A stretch of 64,000 nucleotides of DNA from Bacteroidia bacterium (GCA_040882555.1 JBBEBC010000141.1:1644-65643); one strand, 5' to 3'; shown: positions 40,001 through 49,872, counted from the first letter of the stretch. Notes: a model not told the origin generated them from the sequence alone. Translations and numbers: made by a program.

Positions 40001-40425
40001 ATTTTTCAGATGGGTATATTCTTTCCTACGATAGGCTGAGGCAAATGTATTTTTATCTAAATGTGAAAGGCGACAATGCATTTTCGAAGTTTTATCAAAA
40101 AGCATTACCGTTTGAGCAAGGAAAGGCATGGGTTAAGACGAAGGATGCTTGGGGTTGCATTGATATGGATGGTGAATGGATTGTGAAGCCTTATTTTTAT
40201 AATCTCACAAAAGTTGAGGGTGCATATGTTGGTACAACGGGCGTGTTATATGGACTGTTTGATAAAAATGCAAATGTGCTTTTAGAGCCTATGTATAATC
40301 ACGTTGAAATAAAAGAAAAACGTTTGCTTTATGGTGAAATAGGCACTCACGTGGAATGGAAGGGTAAGACTGGCGAGAAAATATATAAGAGAGGGGTAGT
40401 AAATCAGTTGGCAACAAAACCGTAA
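37075..40425 (+). CDS. WG-repeat (KWG) containing secreted protein
   Basis: A signal peptide and at least 15 recurrences of the (K/R)WG(F/L)(I/L)N..G..h(I/L)P..YD WG-repeat unit (KWGFINTKG, KWGLKRADGKIVINPVYD, KWGLLNIEGEQLTEIKYD, KWYFLNTQG, RWFLTNTEG …); 1116 aa. Confidence 0.7.
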   Translation: MNGCFQVLLRGLTVLFTCLSGFLFAQTPDTLLPINENGKWGFINTKGVQVFPCEFEAALYWGTARYGKVKKDGHWQFITRKGLKPPLPISGIPESFNDSILIIRSNEGKYLISEKGKLIFPDKFTNINALGEGYFRYYSGDSCGLGHIAKGIITPPVYDEISNFKELGFTILSCNKYGLLDLNGRTILPPIYNSIGSQNNGLLQVWVGEASKTGMYDLEKSDWLIPSNWEELSDSNSCFLVMQDERGFSLYNRKINQWSSEIFTQIELKNDLAIIQSDTGKGIIDADNRVVFDPCFTNIHFEQGVYLVQQNDSWRLYTKNGKALSKDSFLNIQRLSSPAWVLEKDNEWILMNSLGNVLLTDMHKPEIFGNKVKYFDGTTMTSLSITENGQIASKHSFDNVVQLKVNGFRDKSRVISRMAEGQAMSDPESIWFMDEKSRKWGLKRADGKIVINPVYDYIRKNPNYNYTHVYLKIIEKEFYFLRNYMTIGARAGLVDNESGQLLVKPIYLDVFVTGSVKSPLFFGITEQVKFKQVIPSRDIYTPTYAWVEHSNSYPIRALLSNGLPRRANDIEDRIFNQQELFSRILNPAFDRYSSSKYYSWSWGKYDIERWVYLYPGESFPTIEYSKAEKYKDGLMIAQEFKSKKYGLLSQQGSVELPFVYANIERTIVDNDTLYKVIKADSNYNLITPDNDIFSTEIGNNILRYDGENVFIKTSSALGFFDDKRNQVLFGDAQKMGELKDGIIPVRTDSKWKYYTENGTPFHSKHFLKAYDFCHGKALVKERGKWYFLNTQGTLSEALPWKNMKPLCDGRFMAYDGKRWFLTNTEGIAIHEEGFVRMKQLKDSEFVLVKKGSKWGLLNIEGEQLTEIKYDRIQYLGDDLLSLDKGKKLYLKHASTKEKRVKRYTHISKTNDGIFALRNKKGWIVADTSLKHIGDQVFRSVRTTNQGYFIGNDGKGNCLVDPSGNLVFSTQERLIGDFSDGYILSYDRLRQMYFYLNVKGDNAFSKFYQKALPFEQGKAWVKTKDAWGCIDMDGEWIVKPYFYNLTKVEGAYVGTTGVLYGLFDKNANVLLEPMYNHVEIKEKRLLYGEIGTHVEWKGKTGEKIYKRGVVNQLATKP

Positions 40426-40658
40426 ATAGTGGTTTGGATTTAATAATGTAGGTTGACCAATAACAAGATCTTTCAATAAGGTAAATACGAATACATCTGA
40501 GGCTTAAAAATATTAGATTGAGCTCTTTTGTGCAGTTCTAACTGTCGGGTTTCCTAGCCATTTTGTTAAGCTGTTTTCACTTTAAGAATAATTTTTAAGG
40601 CTATCTTTGGCCTCATCCTTTATTGAAAGATGAAGTTAGTTTATAAAGCCTTATTTTA

Positions 40659-41816
40659 TTGATGAATCCCGACAATCAGTCCTCAGAATTTCGGCTCTGT
40701 GTAAATTGTGTAATGGATTCAAGTGATCCTGATATTTCATTTAATTCTGAAGGGGTTTGCTCTCATTGTCAGGGCTATCCTCAAAGAAAAGCAGCCTTTG
40801 TGCCAAGTGTAGAAGAAGGCAAAGGTCTTCTCGAAAAGATGGTTAGAGACTGCAAGAAAGCGGGAAAGAATAAGTCCTACGATTGTGTAATCGGAGTTAG
40901 CGGAGGTGTTGATAGCTCTTACGTAGCTTACTTAGTTTGTCAATTAGGCCTCAGGCCTTTAGCTGTTCACCTTGATAATGGTTGGAATTCTGAACTGGCA
41001 GTTTCAAATATTCGAAACTTATTGCAAAAGCTTGGTATAGAACTTCATACGTATGTTCTCGACTGGGAGTCGTTCTTAGATCTTCAACTAGCCTTTCTCA
41101 AAGCTTCAACTCCCGATTCTGAAATTCCGAGTGACCATGCCATTGTTGCACTCATGAGGTCTGTTGCTGATAAAGAAGGTGTTCCAGTTATTTGGGGCGT
41201 CAATTTTTCATCCGAAGCAATTCTTCCTCAAGCTTGGTCGCAAGGTCACATGGACTGGACCTATATCAAAAATGTGCACAAAGCTTATGGAAAGAAAAAG
41301 CTTAAAAATTATCCGCATTATTCTGTTTGGAAGTTGTTGTGGTACAACCGCATAAGGCGACAGAAGCTATACAATATTTTAAACTACCTCTCCTACAATA
41401 AAGAAGAAGCGAAGAAGATTCTATTAGAAGAAACTAGCTGGCGCGATTACGGGGGGAAACATTTCGAATCTACTTACACCAAGATTTTTCAAAGTTATAT
41501 TCTTCCTGAGAAATTCAATTTCGATAAACGAAAAGCGCATTATAGTTCACTTATTCTCTCTGGACAGATGGAACGGAATGATGCTCTGGAGCTATTGAAA
41601 AAGAGTCCTTTCAACGAAAATACAATAAAAGCCGACATTGAATTTCTTGCAAAAAAGCTCCAGATTTCAGTGAAGGAGTTTGAAGAAATAATGTCATCAC
41701 CACCTAAAAAATATGCCGATTTTAAATCGCAATGGCCAGATTATGTGAAGAAGGCAGATAAGGCAATTTTTAAGAGAATCATCGCAATTAAACGTTCACT
41801 GTTGAATAGAAAATAG
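40659..41816 (+). CDS. N-acetyl sugar amidotransferase (PP-loop ATP-pyrophosphatase, WbpG/WbuX/LegA-like)
   Basis: An N-terminal zinc ribbon CVNC...CSHC, then the PP-loop VIGVSGGVDSSY; about 385 aa, as in the TIGR03573 family. Confidence 0.75.
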   Translation: MMNPDNQSSEFRLCVNCVMDSSDPDISFNSEGVCSHCQGYPQRKAAFVPSVEEGKGLLEKMVRDCKKAGKNKSYDCVIGVSGGVDSSYVAYLVCQLGLRPLAVHLDNGWNSELAVSNIRNLLQKLGIELHTYVLDWESFLDLQLAFLKASTPDSEIPSDHAIVALMRSVADKEGVPVIWGVNFSSEAILPQAWSQGHMDWTYIKNVHKAYGKKKLKNYPHYSVWKLLWYNRIRRQKLYNILNYLSYNKEEAKKILLEETSWRDYGGKHFESTYTKIFQSYILPEKFNFDKRKAHYSSLILSGQMERNDALELLKKSPFNENTIKADIEFLAKKLQISVKEFEEIMSSPPKKYADFKSQWPDYVKKADKAIFKRIIAIKRSLLNRK

Positions 41817-42998
41817 ATGGGCTATTCTGTTATTTATGTCGATTATAATTTTTCGGATTCTAAATATAAGAACCGACCGGTCGATGGAATAGCTCATTAT
41901 ACCTACGGTTTCGGAAGCCTTTATGCACGAAAATTCAAAAAAGAATTTCCAGAGTGGGATGTTCAATGCTGGAAAGCTGATTCGTATGCCGAAGAGGTAA
42001 GTTCGATGGAGCACGAAGTTGTGAAACACATCATTTTTCCTGCGAAGAAGCTTGGCAGGCTCGGTTTTGTTTCAAGGTCGATGATGAAACATGTCCGCAG
42101 GTTTACTAAGGATCAACCTAAGACAGTTTTCAACGTTTCAAGTTTCGATCATTTGCTGCATTATCAAATCAGTAGAGTCGGAAAATCGTGTCCCGTCTTT
42201 GTACAACATCATGGCGAAAGTCCTGCGAAGCATAAGATTAATCACACATCAGGACTAAAAAGTTTATACTGGAGATTCTGGTCGATTATTGAAAAAAGGG
42301 CTTTCGAAAATACCTCGATGCTTTATTTGTTGGATGAGGAAGCTGCAAAATATTTACCTATTGCTCAAGATCAGTTCAAGGTGAGAACTACGGGTGTAGA
42401 TTCAGAATTATTTAAGGCGATAGACAAGCAAGCTGCGCGGAAGTTGTTGAATCTGAATCCTGAAGCATCTTACCTATTGTTCATTGGTCGACTAAATGCT
42501 TCCAAGAGAGCAGATATGCTTATTTCTGTATTTCTTAAGCTTAAGGATGAATTCCCAAACCTTGGCTTACTCATTGGAGGCTGTAGTGAAAATGACCCTT
42601 TATATAAGATGGCTAAGGATTCAGGGGCTGTTCTAACAGGAATGATTCCTCAGAATGAAGTAGGTATTTGGCTGAGTGCAGCCGATGTGTATTCCTTGCC
42701 ACTCCTAGATACTGCCCATGTTTTTGGAGGTATTGGTATGTTGCCTGTTCAGGCGATGTTTTGCAATACGCCAGTTGTTGGTAGCACCATGAAATGTTTC
42801 CCTGAGGCAGGTCTTGAATCTGTCGGGATTTTTACTTCCACCGAAGGTGAACTAAAACAGGCTATTCGAGAGATTTTATCGGGCCAAATTACCTTTACAG
42901 AAACGCGCGAAACAGCATTGAAGCAATATGCCTGGAGCTCCATTTCAGCTCAAACGGAATCTGATTATTTACGTGCAATTGATTCGGTATGTCGTTGA
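41817..42998 (+). CDS. glycosyltransferase family 4 (GT-B, group 1)
   Basis: The C-terminal domain has LLFIGRLNASKRADMLI...GLLIGG, a GT1/GT4-type block. Confidence 0.65.
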   Translation: MGYSVIYVDYNFSDSKYKNRPVDGIAHYTYGFGSLYARKFKKEFPEWDVQCWKADSYAEEVSSMEHEVVKHIIFPAKKLGRLGFVSRSMMKHVRRFTKDQPKTVFNVSSFDHLLHYQISRVGKSCPVFVQHHGESPAKHKINHTSGLKSLYWRFWSIIEKRAFENTSMLYLLDEEAAKYLPIAQDQFKVRTTGVDSELFKAIDKQAARKLLNLNPEASYLLFIGRLNASKRADMLISVFLKLKDEFPNLGLLIGGCSENDPLYKMAKDSGAVLTGMIPQNEVGIWLSAADVYSLPLLDTAHVFGGIGMLPVQAMFCNTPVVGSTMKCFPEAGLESVGIFTSTEGELKQAIREILSGQITFTETRETALKQYAWSSISAQTESDYLRAIDSVCR

Positions 42999-44473
42999 TA
43001 AAGCAGTTTTCAAAGGATACAATTATTTACGGTTTAGGTAAAGGGCTCAAGAAGTTCATTGGGTTTCTGCTATTGCCCGTCTACACGAGAGCGCTCTCGC
43101 CCGAACAGTTTGGAATTCTTGATACAATAGCTTCTGGTGTTCTTTTCCTGATCGTGTTCTTTAATATGGGATTGAACTCAGCGGTGAGCTTCTTCTATTT
43201 CAAGCCGGAAGATGAAAAAGAGAGAGGTTCCATCCTTTTTACTGTCTTTATTCTGAGGTTGCTAGTCGTTATTCCGTCAATCATTCTTTGCTTTTTTGCT
43301 TGGCCACTTTCAAGAGCCCTCTTTGGCACTGAGGAGTATGCATCAGCCATACTTATCGGTTTTATTCAAATTCCGTTTTCAATGCTGCTTAGCGAGCAAG
43401 AAATGGTATATCGTCTAAAACGGAATGCCTGGGGCTATAATTTGATGACTATTCTAAAGTCATTACTCAACATTGCATGTGGAATTTTGCTCGTTGTGCA
43501 TTATCAGCTTGGTGTAAATGGGGCTCAACTTGCTACACTCATCAGCACGGCAGTAGTTGTCATTTTTTCTTATTACAGTTTCGCATCAAAACAATATACA
43601 TTCAAGTTCAATAAAACTTGGGCTGCCGAGATGCTCAGTTTTGGTTTTCCTTTAATCTGGGCCGGACTTGCGGTTTGGGTTTATCAGCTTTCCGACAGGT
43701 TTTTCATTATTCATTACCGCGATTTGACTCAAGCAGGTTTCTATTCCATAGGAGCTACTTTTTCTCAACCTATTGGCTTGCTTAACCTTGCTGTGCAGAT
43801 GAGTTTTGGAGCGTTATTCTATGAAATTTTCAATAAGGAAAAAACGGAGGAAAAACCCAAAAGCAAGCAATTCATGCAGAAAGTACTCTACTTGTATATG
43901 AGTATTGTTTCATTGTTCGTCGTGTTTATTTCAGCTTTTGCTTACGAAATAGTTGGTTTCGTGACAACTGAAGATTACTTGCCCGGCATTGTTGCAATTC
44001 CTTTTCTGACGGTTTCAATGATGTTTGCTCAAATGGTTGAGGTGGTTCCGCAAGGTATTTCTATTGCTAAAAAAACGTGGTTCTACACTTGGGTTACACT
44101 TGCTGCAGCTTCGGTAAACGCTGGATTAAATTTCATTTTCATCCCAAAGTATGGTTTCATTGGAGCCGCTATAACCACCTTAATGGCAACCATGACCTAT
44201 TTCATTCTTGCAGATTACTTATCTCGGAAGCATTTCAATGCAGGGTTTTCAAGAACAAAGTTGTACATCTTTGTCGGAATCACTTTAGCTGCCTCCGTTG
44301 TTTTTCCAATGATGGATATTGAGGCTGGAAGGCATTTTGGAATTTGGAAACTGCCGTTCTGCCTGGCTTTTATAAGTATCCCATTTCTTCTGAGATTTAT
44401 AAATATAGAAGATGTTAAATCGACTATTCAGCAGGTAAAATCTGTCGTAAATAAACCAGGTGATAAGTCCTAA
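42989..44473 (+). CDS. oligosaccharide/polysaccharide flippase (Wzx, MOP superfamily)
   Basis: 494 aa with about 12-14 TM helices and a KKF...LLP N-terminal pattern like Wzx/PST. Confidence 0.65.
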   Translation: MSLIKQFSKDTIIYGLGKGLKKFIGFLLLPVYTRALSPEQFGILDTIASGVLFLIVFFNMGLNSAVSFFYFKPEDEKERGSILFTVFILRLLVVIPSIILCFFAWPLSRALFGTEEYASAILIGFIQIPFSMLLSEQEMVYRLKRNAWGYNLMTILKSLLNIACGILLVVHYQLGVNGAQLATLISTAVVVIFSYYSFASKQYTFKFNKTWAAEMLSFGFPLIWAGLAVWVYQLSDRFFIIHYRDLTQAGFYSIGATFSQPIGLLNLAVQMSFGALFYEIFNKEKTEEKPKSKQFMQKVLYLYMSIVSLFVVFISAFAYEIVGFVTTEDYLPGIVAIPFLTVSMMFAQMVEVVPQGISIAKKTWFYTWVTLAAASVNAGLNFIFIPKYGFIGAAITTLMATMTYFILADYLSRKHFNAGFSRTKLYIFVGITLAASVVFPMMDIEAGRHFGIWKLPFCLAFISIPFLLRFINIEDVKSTIQQVKSVVNKPGDKS

Positions 44474-44491
44474 GTTTTCAGAATAAGAGAT

Positions 44492-46855
44492 TTAAAACAG
44501 CTTCATCCAGAACCGCTTCCACCAAGGCCATTTCATATCACTGTAGCTGTAATCGTAGGCATAAGGATATCCTCCTAAGGAGAAATTAGAAACATCGTTT
44601 AACAGAAATGCCAGATTTGGCAGCTTGTTTTCGTTGTAGAATTTAAGCGGAGTGCTTAGTGTACTTTTTTCCGTTTGGTTGGCCCGAATAATATATATAA
44701 CACTATCAGCATGATGCGCAGTTAAAACAGTATCAGTTACCAATCCCGCGGGAGCGGTATCTACAATTACATAATCATAGTTTTTCCTGGCAAAATCGAA
44801 AACATCTTTCAGCCTATCTTTCATCAGTAATTCAGAAGGGTTAGGGGGGATGTCTCCCGATGGGAGGATGTGTATACTCGAGTTTTCAGGGAAAGGGATT
44901 ATAAAGTCTTCAATCTTTGAATTATAATCAATTAAAAAATTAGATATCCCTTTTTGGGTAGGCAGATTTAAGTATTGAAGCAACTTTTGACGCCTCAAAT
45001 CCAAACCTACCAACAGCACTTTCTTATCTGCTGCCGCAGTAACTGCTGCAAGGTTGATGGAAACAAATGTTTTCCCCTCACGAGCAAGACTAGAGGTAAT
45101 AAATATGACTTTACCTCCTTCGATTCTGTCTTTAAATAGAAAAGAAATATTGGTCCTAATTAACCTAAATGCCTCTGAGAAATAGGATTTATCACCTGCA
45201 ATTGCGACTGATTTTTTATTGTTTTTAAGCGAAGGGATTTCTCCAATATATGGCACATTTAATTCCTTAAGAGCCTTGCTATCAATTACTTTTGTATCGA
45301 ATAGGTCAATAACATAAATAATAATAATTGGCAATAAAATTCCTGCAAAAAGGGCAATTAATAAGAGAAAGATTTTGTTGGGAGAAATTATTGACCCAGA
45401 GCTAAAAGCTTCATCAATTACTTTGGCATTAGAAACAGAAACAGATAAAGCAAGTGCCGTTTCTTCTCTCTTTTGCAAAAGATACAAATACAGCTGTTCC
45501 TTGATGGTTTGTTGCCTTTCAATTTCTCTGTATTCTCTTTCTTTGCGAGGAATTTCAGAGATTTTTCCAGCTAGAGTCCCTTGTTGAGTTTTGAGCTCCT
45601 TTAGTTTTAAATCTAGTATTTCAACATAATTCCTCACCGAGGATTTAATGTTTTCCATAATAGACTCCAACTGTTCCTTCAGCTGAAAGGCTTGTGGATT
45701 GTCAGGTCCAGCGCCTTTAAGAATTCTATTTCTTTTTAAAACTGCTTCATTGTAGTATTCAACCATTGTTGAAACAGTTTCATCGGCAAGTCCTAAATCT
45801 GCTGGAAGTAGCTCAGTAGCTTGCCTGCTCGACTTTAAGTAGTTTAGGAAATATAAACTAAGTTGATGTTGAATGCTGGTTTCAATGAGCAACTTTGAAT
45901 AATCAGATTCAGTGCTGAGGTAAATAGATGTTTCTGAAGGGATATCTACGAGATTATTTCGTCTTTTAAATTCCTCTGCATTTCCTTCTAATGCAGAGAG
46001 CTCTTCCGTTATAAAGGATATTCTTTCGCTAATAAACTCGGCTGTGTTAATACTAGCTTGGTTTTTATCACTTATTGCATCCAGCTTGTACTGAAGAGTT
46101 AAGGCATTTAGCACCTGCTTAGCTCTAATAACAACGGCATCGCGCATGCGCATCCGAATAACATTCGACTTTGCATTAACCGTCTCTATAGTAAGCTTTT
46201 TGGCATAAGAACTCGCTACATTATCAATCGGACTTATTGCAATTTGGATGGTCTTATTCGAGTATAGAACTTGTTCAGGCTTTTCTAAAATTTGAAACTC
46301 CCCAAAGCCCAAGTCAATAAATTCACCAAACAGAAAAGTACTCTCTTCACCTCTGTATCTAAGCTTGAAAGAGCCTTTATTTCCTGGTATATAATCGAAA
46401 GAGTTTGATGATTCGAAAAGCAATGAATCATTCTTTTTAGGCTTTATAATAATAGGCGACGCCTGATACAATTCGAGCGGTAGCGGCGACCTTTCAACAG
46501 AATAAGAGATATTCAATTGAAGCTGCATGCAAACCCTTCTCATGAGGGTTCTCGACTTTAGTATTTCTATTTCGTTTTCGAGGTTATTCTTGGCATTAAT
46601 AATTCCTAAATCCGAAAAAGTACTAAGCTCGTCAACGGCCTGACCTTTAGAAGGATCTCGGATTAATATTGTTGATGTAGCCTCATATAATGGTTGAGTA
46701 TATCTTAAGTAATTGTAACATAATACTAGAGCAAGGGCAACACTTAGCAATATCCAAGGCCATTTGCTCAGATATTTCCAAAGCACCTCTTTCAGATTTA
46801 TTTCGGTTCTGAAAGAATCTACATCCCTCTCGAAATCAGTATGTTGAGTTTTCAA
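44492..46855 (-). CDS. polysaccharide co-polymerase / tyrosine autokinase (Wzc-like)
   Basis: An N-terminal Wzz-like domain with coiled coil and two TMs, plus a C-terminal P-loop kinase with Walker A ITSSLAREGKTFVSINLA; 787 aa. Confidence 0.8.
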   Translation of the reverse strand: MKTQHTDFERDVDSFRTEINLKEVLWKYLSKWPWILLSVALALVLCYNYLRYTQPLYEATSTILIRDPSKGQAVDELSTFSDLGIINAKNNLENEIEILKSRTLMRRVCMQLQLNISYSVERSPLPLELYQASPIIIKPKKNDSLLFESSNSFDYIPGNKGSFKLRYRGEESTFLFGEFIDLGFGEFQILEKPEQVLYSNKTIQIAISPIDNVASSYAKKLTIETVNAKSNVIRMRMRDAVVIRAKQVLNALTLQYKLDAISDKNQASINTAEFISERISFITEELSALEGNAEEFKRRNNLVDIPSETSIYLSTESDYSKLLIETSIQHQLSLYFLNYLKSSRQATELLPADLGLADETVSTMVEYYNEAVLKRNRILKGAGPDNPQAFQLKEQLESIMENIKSSVRNYVEILDLKLKELKTQQGTLAGKISEIPRKEREYREIERQQTIKEQLYLYLLQKREETALALSVSVSNAKVIDEAFSSGSIISPNKIFLLLIALFAGILLPIIIIYVIDLFDTKVIDSKALKELNVPYIGEIPSLKNNKKSVAIAGDKSYFSEAFRLIRTNISFLFKDRIEGGKVIFITSSLAREGKTFVSINLAAVTAAADKKVLLVGLDLRRQKLLQYLNLPTQKGISNFLIDYNSKIEDFIIPFPENSSIHILPSGDIPPNPSELLMKDRLKDVFDFARKNYDYVIVDTAPAGLVTDTVLTAHHADSVIYIIRANQTEKSTLSTPLKFYNENKLPNLAFLLNDVSNFSLGGYPYAYDYSYSDMKWPWWKRFWMKLF

Positions 46856-47647
46856 TTATTTAATTAATAAGGTTAGTGTTGTGATTGCCAAAGTAACCAC
46901 AGATATAACAATGCTGAGTCTGTTATTTATTGACGCAGCATTTCTTTGTGCGCTATTAGCTTCAACATAAATGATGTCGCCCTGCTGTAAATAGTAAGTA
47001 TTTGAAGTAAAAATATTCTGCTTGGTAAGATCTATTCGAAAGGTTTCTGTTTTGCCTTGAGTTGTTCTTATAAGAAGGATATTATCTCTAAGAGCTGAAT
47101 TATTCAAATCACCAGCTAGTCCAACAGCTTCAAGAAAACTGATTTTCTCATTTGGAATATTAAATGTGCCTGGGTTTCCAACATCACCAAGAACGGTGAC
47201 TTTAAAATTGAGAATTCTTATGTAAACAATTGGTTCTGATAGGTATTTAGCAAGGCTTTCTTGGAGTTCGGCGGTTATTTCCTCACGTGTTCTATCACTC
47301 ACTTTAATTTTCCCTAGATAGGGGAAGTTTATTTCGCCCGAAGGGTTAACCAAATAACCTAAAGGACTAGCAATACCGTTTAAGTAGCCGGCTGGCTGAT
47401 TTCCCGATAAGGAAGAGTATGGATTAAAGGGAATGGATAATTCTGGATTTGATGACGAAACTTGAATTGATAATAAATCATTAGCTCGGATAAGTTGACT
47501 ATATGGCTCAACCGCATCGGTTTTCATATCGCCCTGAAAGTAAACGAAACTCTTTCTGGACCTGCATGAGCTTTGAAAAATGATAAAGCAAAACAACAAA
47601 GCAATTGTGATATATCTGCTTATTAAAAAACCTTCTTTTATCCTCAT
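46856..47647 (-). CDS. polysaccharide export outer-membrane protein (Wza family)
   Basis: A lipoprotein/signal N-terminus and the Poly_export motif (…YxLxxNDLLSIQV…). Confidence 0.75.
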   Translation of the reverse strand: MRIKEGFLISRYITIALLFCFIIFQSSCRSRKSFVYFQGDMKTDAVEPYSQLIRANDLLSIQVSSSNPELSIPFNPYSSLSGNQPAGYLNGIASPLGYLVNPSGEINFPYLGKIKVSDRTREEITAELQESLAKYLSEPIVYIRILNFKVTVLGDVGNPGTFNIPNEKISFLEAVGLAGDLNNSALRDNILLIRTTQGKTETFRIDLTKQNIFTSNTYYLQQGDIIYVEANSAQRNAASINNRLSIVISVVTLAITTLTLLIK

Positions 47648-47684
47648 ATAGAAAACAAAGTAAAATTATATGGGCAAATTAGAA

Positions 47685-48722
47685 TCACGCGCTTCTCTTT
47701 TTTTTGATGATAATATGATATAATGCTTTATAAAAGTAGCGAAAGTCAGTCGAATAGGGTTTTTTAATCTTTTCTTCGAGGTATTCTCTTTCGGCTCTCT
47801 GAACATCATGAACGTTCGATTTTAATCCTAAAGCTAGATATGGCGGAATACAACCGGGCTTCTGAGTAAGTCTAAGCTTCTGAAGATCAGTTGGTATATC
47901 TTGGAAGTAGCGTGAACTCACAGGTCTAACACCAACTAATTTCATTTCACCTTTCATCACATTTAACAACTGAGGAAGTTCATCAAGCCAATATCGTCTC
48001 AAGAATTTTCCCCAAGGAGTTAGCCTAAAATCTTTGGCTGGCTTTCCGCTGGAAGCGTAACCATTACTTTGTAATACAAAATCTTGCAAATATTCAGAAT
48101 ACGGATGCATGGTCCTAAACTTATATACAAAGAATACCTTCCCGTCTTTTCCAATTCTCGCCATTTTGAAAATCGGACCATAGCTTGGTTTTATATCCTC
48201 TTTTGGTTCAGAAGCTTTTTTCGCAACAAAGTAAATTATCTCATCAATGTCTTTATAATCAACTATTTCAAAGCCGCAACAAACCAGTCTTCCAAAGACT
48301 TCAGCCTTAGATAGTAGTCGACTTTGGCCTTTAGTCACTGAAAAATAAACATACTTAATGCCTTTAATTTTTGGAAAAACCCTGTGTACCACAAAGTCGA
48401 AGAAACTTAATGCCTTCTTTAAAATCGGCACCTTGCCAAAATTCTGTTTGCTCTGCTTAGCAGAAAAAGTTTCCAAACAGCCACAGAAATAATCGCCTTG
48501 TTCTAACTTCTGATTAACTTTTTGGAAGTATTTATTGATATATCTTATGTCATTAACCAGAGAGAAATTAATGATATTATTTACCTCAGTTCCTTCGGAA
48601 GGCAAAGCATTTTCACCTACTACAGAATAATTAACAAAGGTTACAGGATGATGAAGTTGAAGAAACTCCGAGAAGTATGCTTCTGCAGAATTAGGAGCTT
48701 GATATGTGATCTCCTTAAGCAT
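47685..48722 (-). CDS. sugar transferase (polyprenyl-phosphate glycosylphosphotransferase catalytic domain) with a soluble N-terminal domain
   Basis: The C-terminus has ...VYKFRTM...DELPQLLNVMKGEMKLVGVRP, the bacterial sugar transferase signature. The N-terminal 170 aa have no predicted TM helix. Confidence 0.65.
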   Translation of the reverse strand: MLKEITYQAPNSAEAYFSEFLQLHHPVTFVNYSVVGENALPSEGTEVNNIINFSLVNDIRYINKYFQKVNQKLEQGDYFCGCLETFSAKQSKQNFGKVPILKKALSFFDFVVHRVFPKIKGIKYVYFSVTKGQSRLLSKAEVFGRLVCCGFEIVDYKDIDEIIYFVAKKASEPKEDIKPSYGPIFKMARIGKDGKVFFVYKFRTMHPYSEYLQDFVLQSNGYASSGKPAKDFRLTPWGKFLRRYWLDELPQLLNVMKGEMKLVGVRPVSSRYFQDIPTDLQKLRLTQKPGCIPPYLALGLKSNVHDVQRAEREYLEEKIKKPYSTDFRYFYKALYHIIIKKKRSA

Positions 48723-49872
48723 AAGCAGTTTCTTTTTTGAAAGAGATTATTGCATTCAGGCATCTTTCAGCAGTTTTGCCATCCCACTTTTCTGGTAATG
48801 AAGGTTTTATTGGGTTAGATGTAAAAAATTCCATTGCTTCATCAAGGCTATTTGCATCATTCTTTACAAGAATACAACTACCGCCATTCTTAAAAAGAGT
48901 GATTGGCCTTTCGGTGTTAGGTCTAATAACAATGCAAGCTTTTCCTAAAACGGTTGCTTCTTCCTGCAAACCACCACTGTCGGTAATTATCAAATCGCTT
49001 TCTGAACTAAGCTTCAGCATATGGTGATAATCTAAAGGATGGAGTAGCAGCAAATTTTTGGTTTCACTTAGCTTTTCCCAGAGCAAAAGCTTTTTAAGTT
49101 GACTAGCCGTTCTTGGATGAATAACCCAGATAACGGTTTTATTAGCACTTAAGGTGTTTTGAATCCAAAATGTAATTCTTTCTAAAGCTTCAGAATCGTC
49201 AACATTTGATGGCCTGTGCAATGTAATCAGAACGAAGTTTTCAGGAAGTAAGTCCTTTTTAACAATTTCATTTTGAAGAATTACTTCGTTTCTATTTAAG
49301 GACTTAGCTTTATCAATATGCCTCATCAAGGTATCAATCATGATATTGCCAGTAAACGCAATCTTTTCTTTTTCGATACCTTCCTCAAGCAAATTCTCAG
49401 TTGCCAAACGATCGGGAGTTAATAATAGGGACGAAATTCTGTCGGTAATAATTCGGTTAATTTCCTCGGGCATTCTGTTATCATTTGATCTCAGTCCAGC
49501 TTCAATATGACAGACTTTAATTTGCAATTTAGCTGCTGCAATTGAGCATGCAAGAGTTGCATTTACATCACCGGGAACCACCACCCAATCAGGTTTTTCT
49601 TCCATCAACACTTTTTCAAAAGCAATCATGGTATTTCCAACCTGTTCGGCATGTGTGCCCGAACCGATTTGAAGATTTACGTCTGGTTCAGGAATAGATA
49701 ATGACCTGAAAAATGTATCAGTCATTCGTTCATCGTAATGTTGACCTGTATGAATCAAGATATGATGAATTTTAGGCATTTTTCCACCATCATTATGAAG
49801 TTTTATAGCTTCAGCAAAAGCAGCAATTTTCATTAAATTAGGCCTTGCCCCAACCACTGAAATAATTTTCAT
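48715..49872 (-). CDS. wecB: UDP-N-acetylglucosamine 2-epimerase (non-hydrolysing type)
   Basis: MKIISVVGARPNLMKIAA...HTGQHYD...HIEAGLRS are 2-epimerase blocks. The ORF-track start at 49923 adds 17 aa. Confidence 0.8.
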   Translation of the reverse strand: MKIISVVGARPNLMKIAAFAEAIKLHNDGGKMPKIHHILIHTGQHYDERMTDTFFRSLSIPEPDVNLQIGSGTHAEQVGNTMIAFEKVLMEEKPDWVVVPGDVNATLACSIAAAKLQIKVCHIEAGLRSNDNRMPEEINRIITDRISSLLLTPDRLATENLLEEGIEKEKIAFTGNIMIDTLMRHIDKAKSLNRNEVILQNEIVKKDLLPENFVLITLHRPSNVDDSEALERITFWIQNTLSANKTVIWVIHPRTASQLKKLLLWEKLSETKNLLLLHPLDYHHMLKLSSESDLIITDSGGLQEEATVLGKACIVIRPNTERPITLFKNGGSCILVKNDANSLDEAMEFFTSNPIKPSLPEKWDGKTAERCLNAIISFKKETAYA

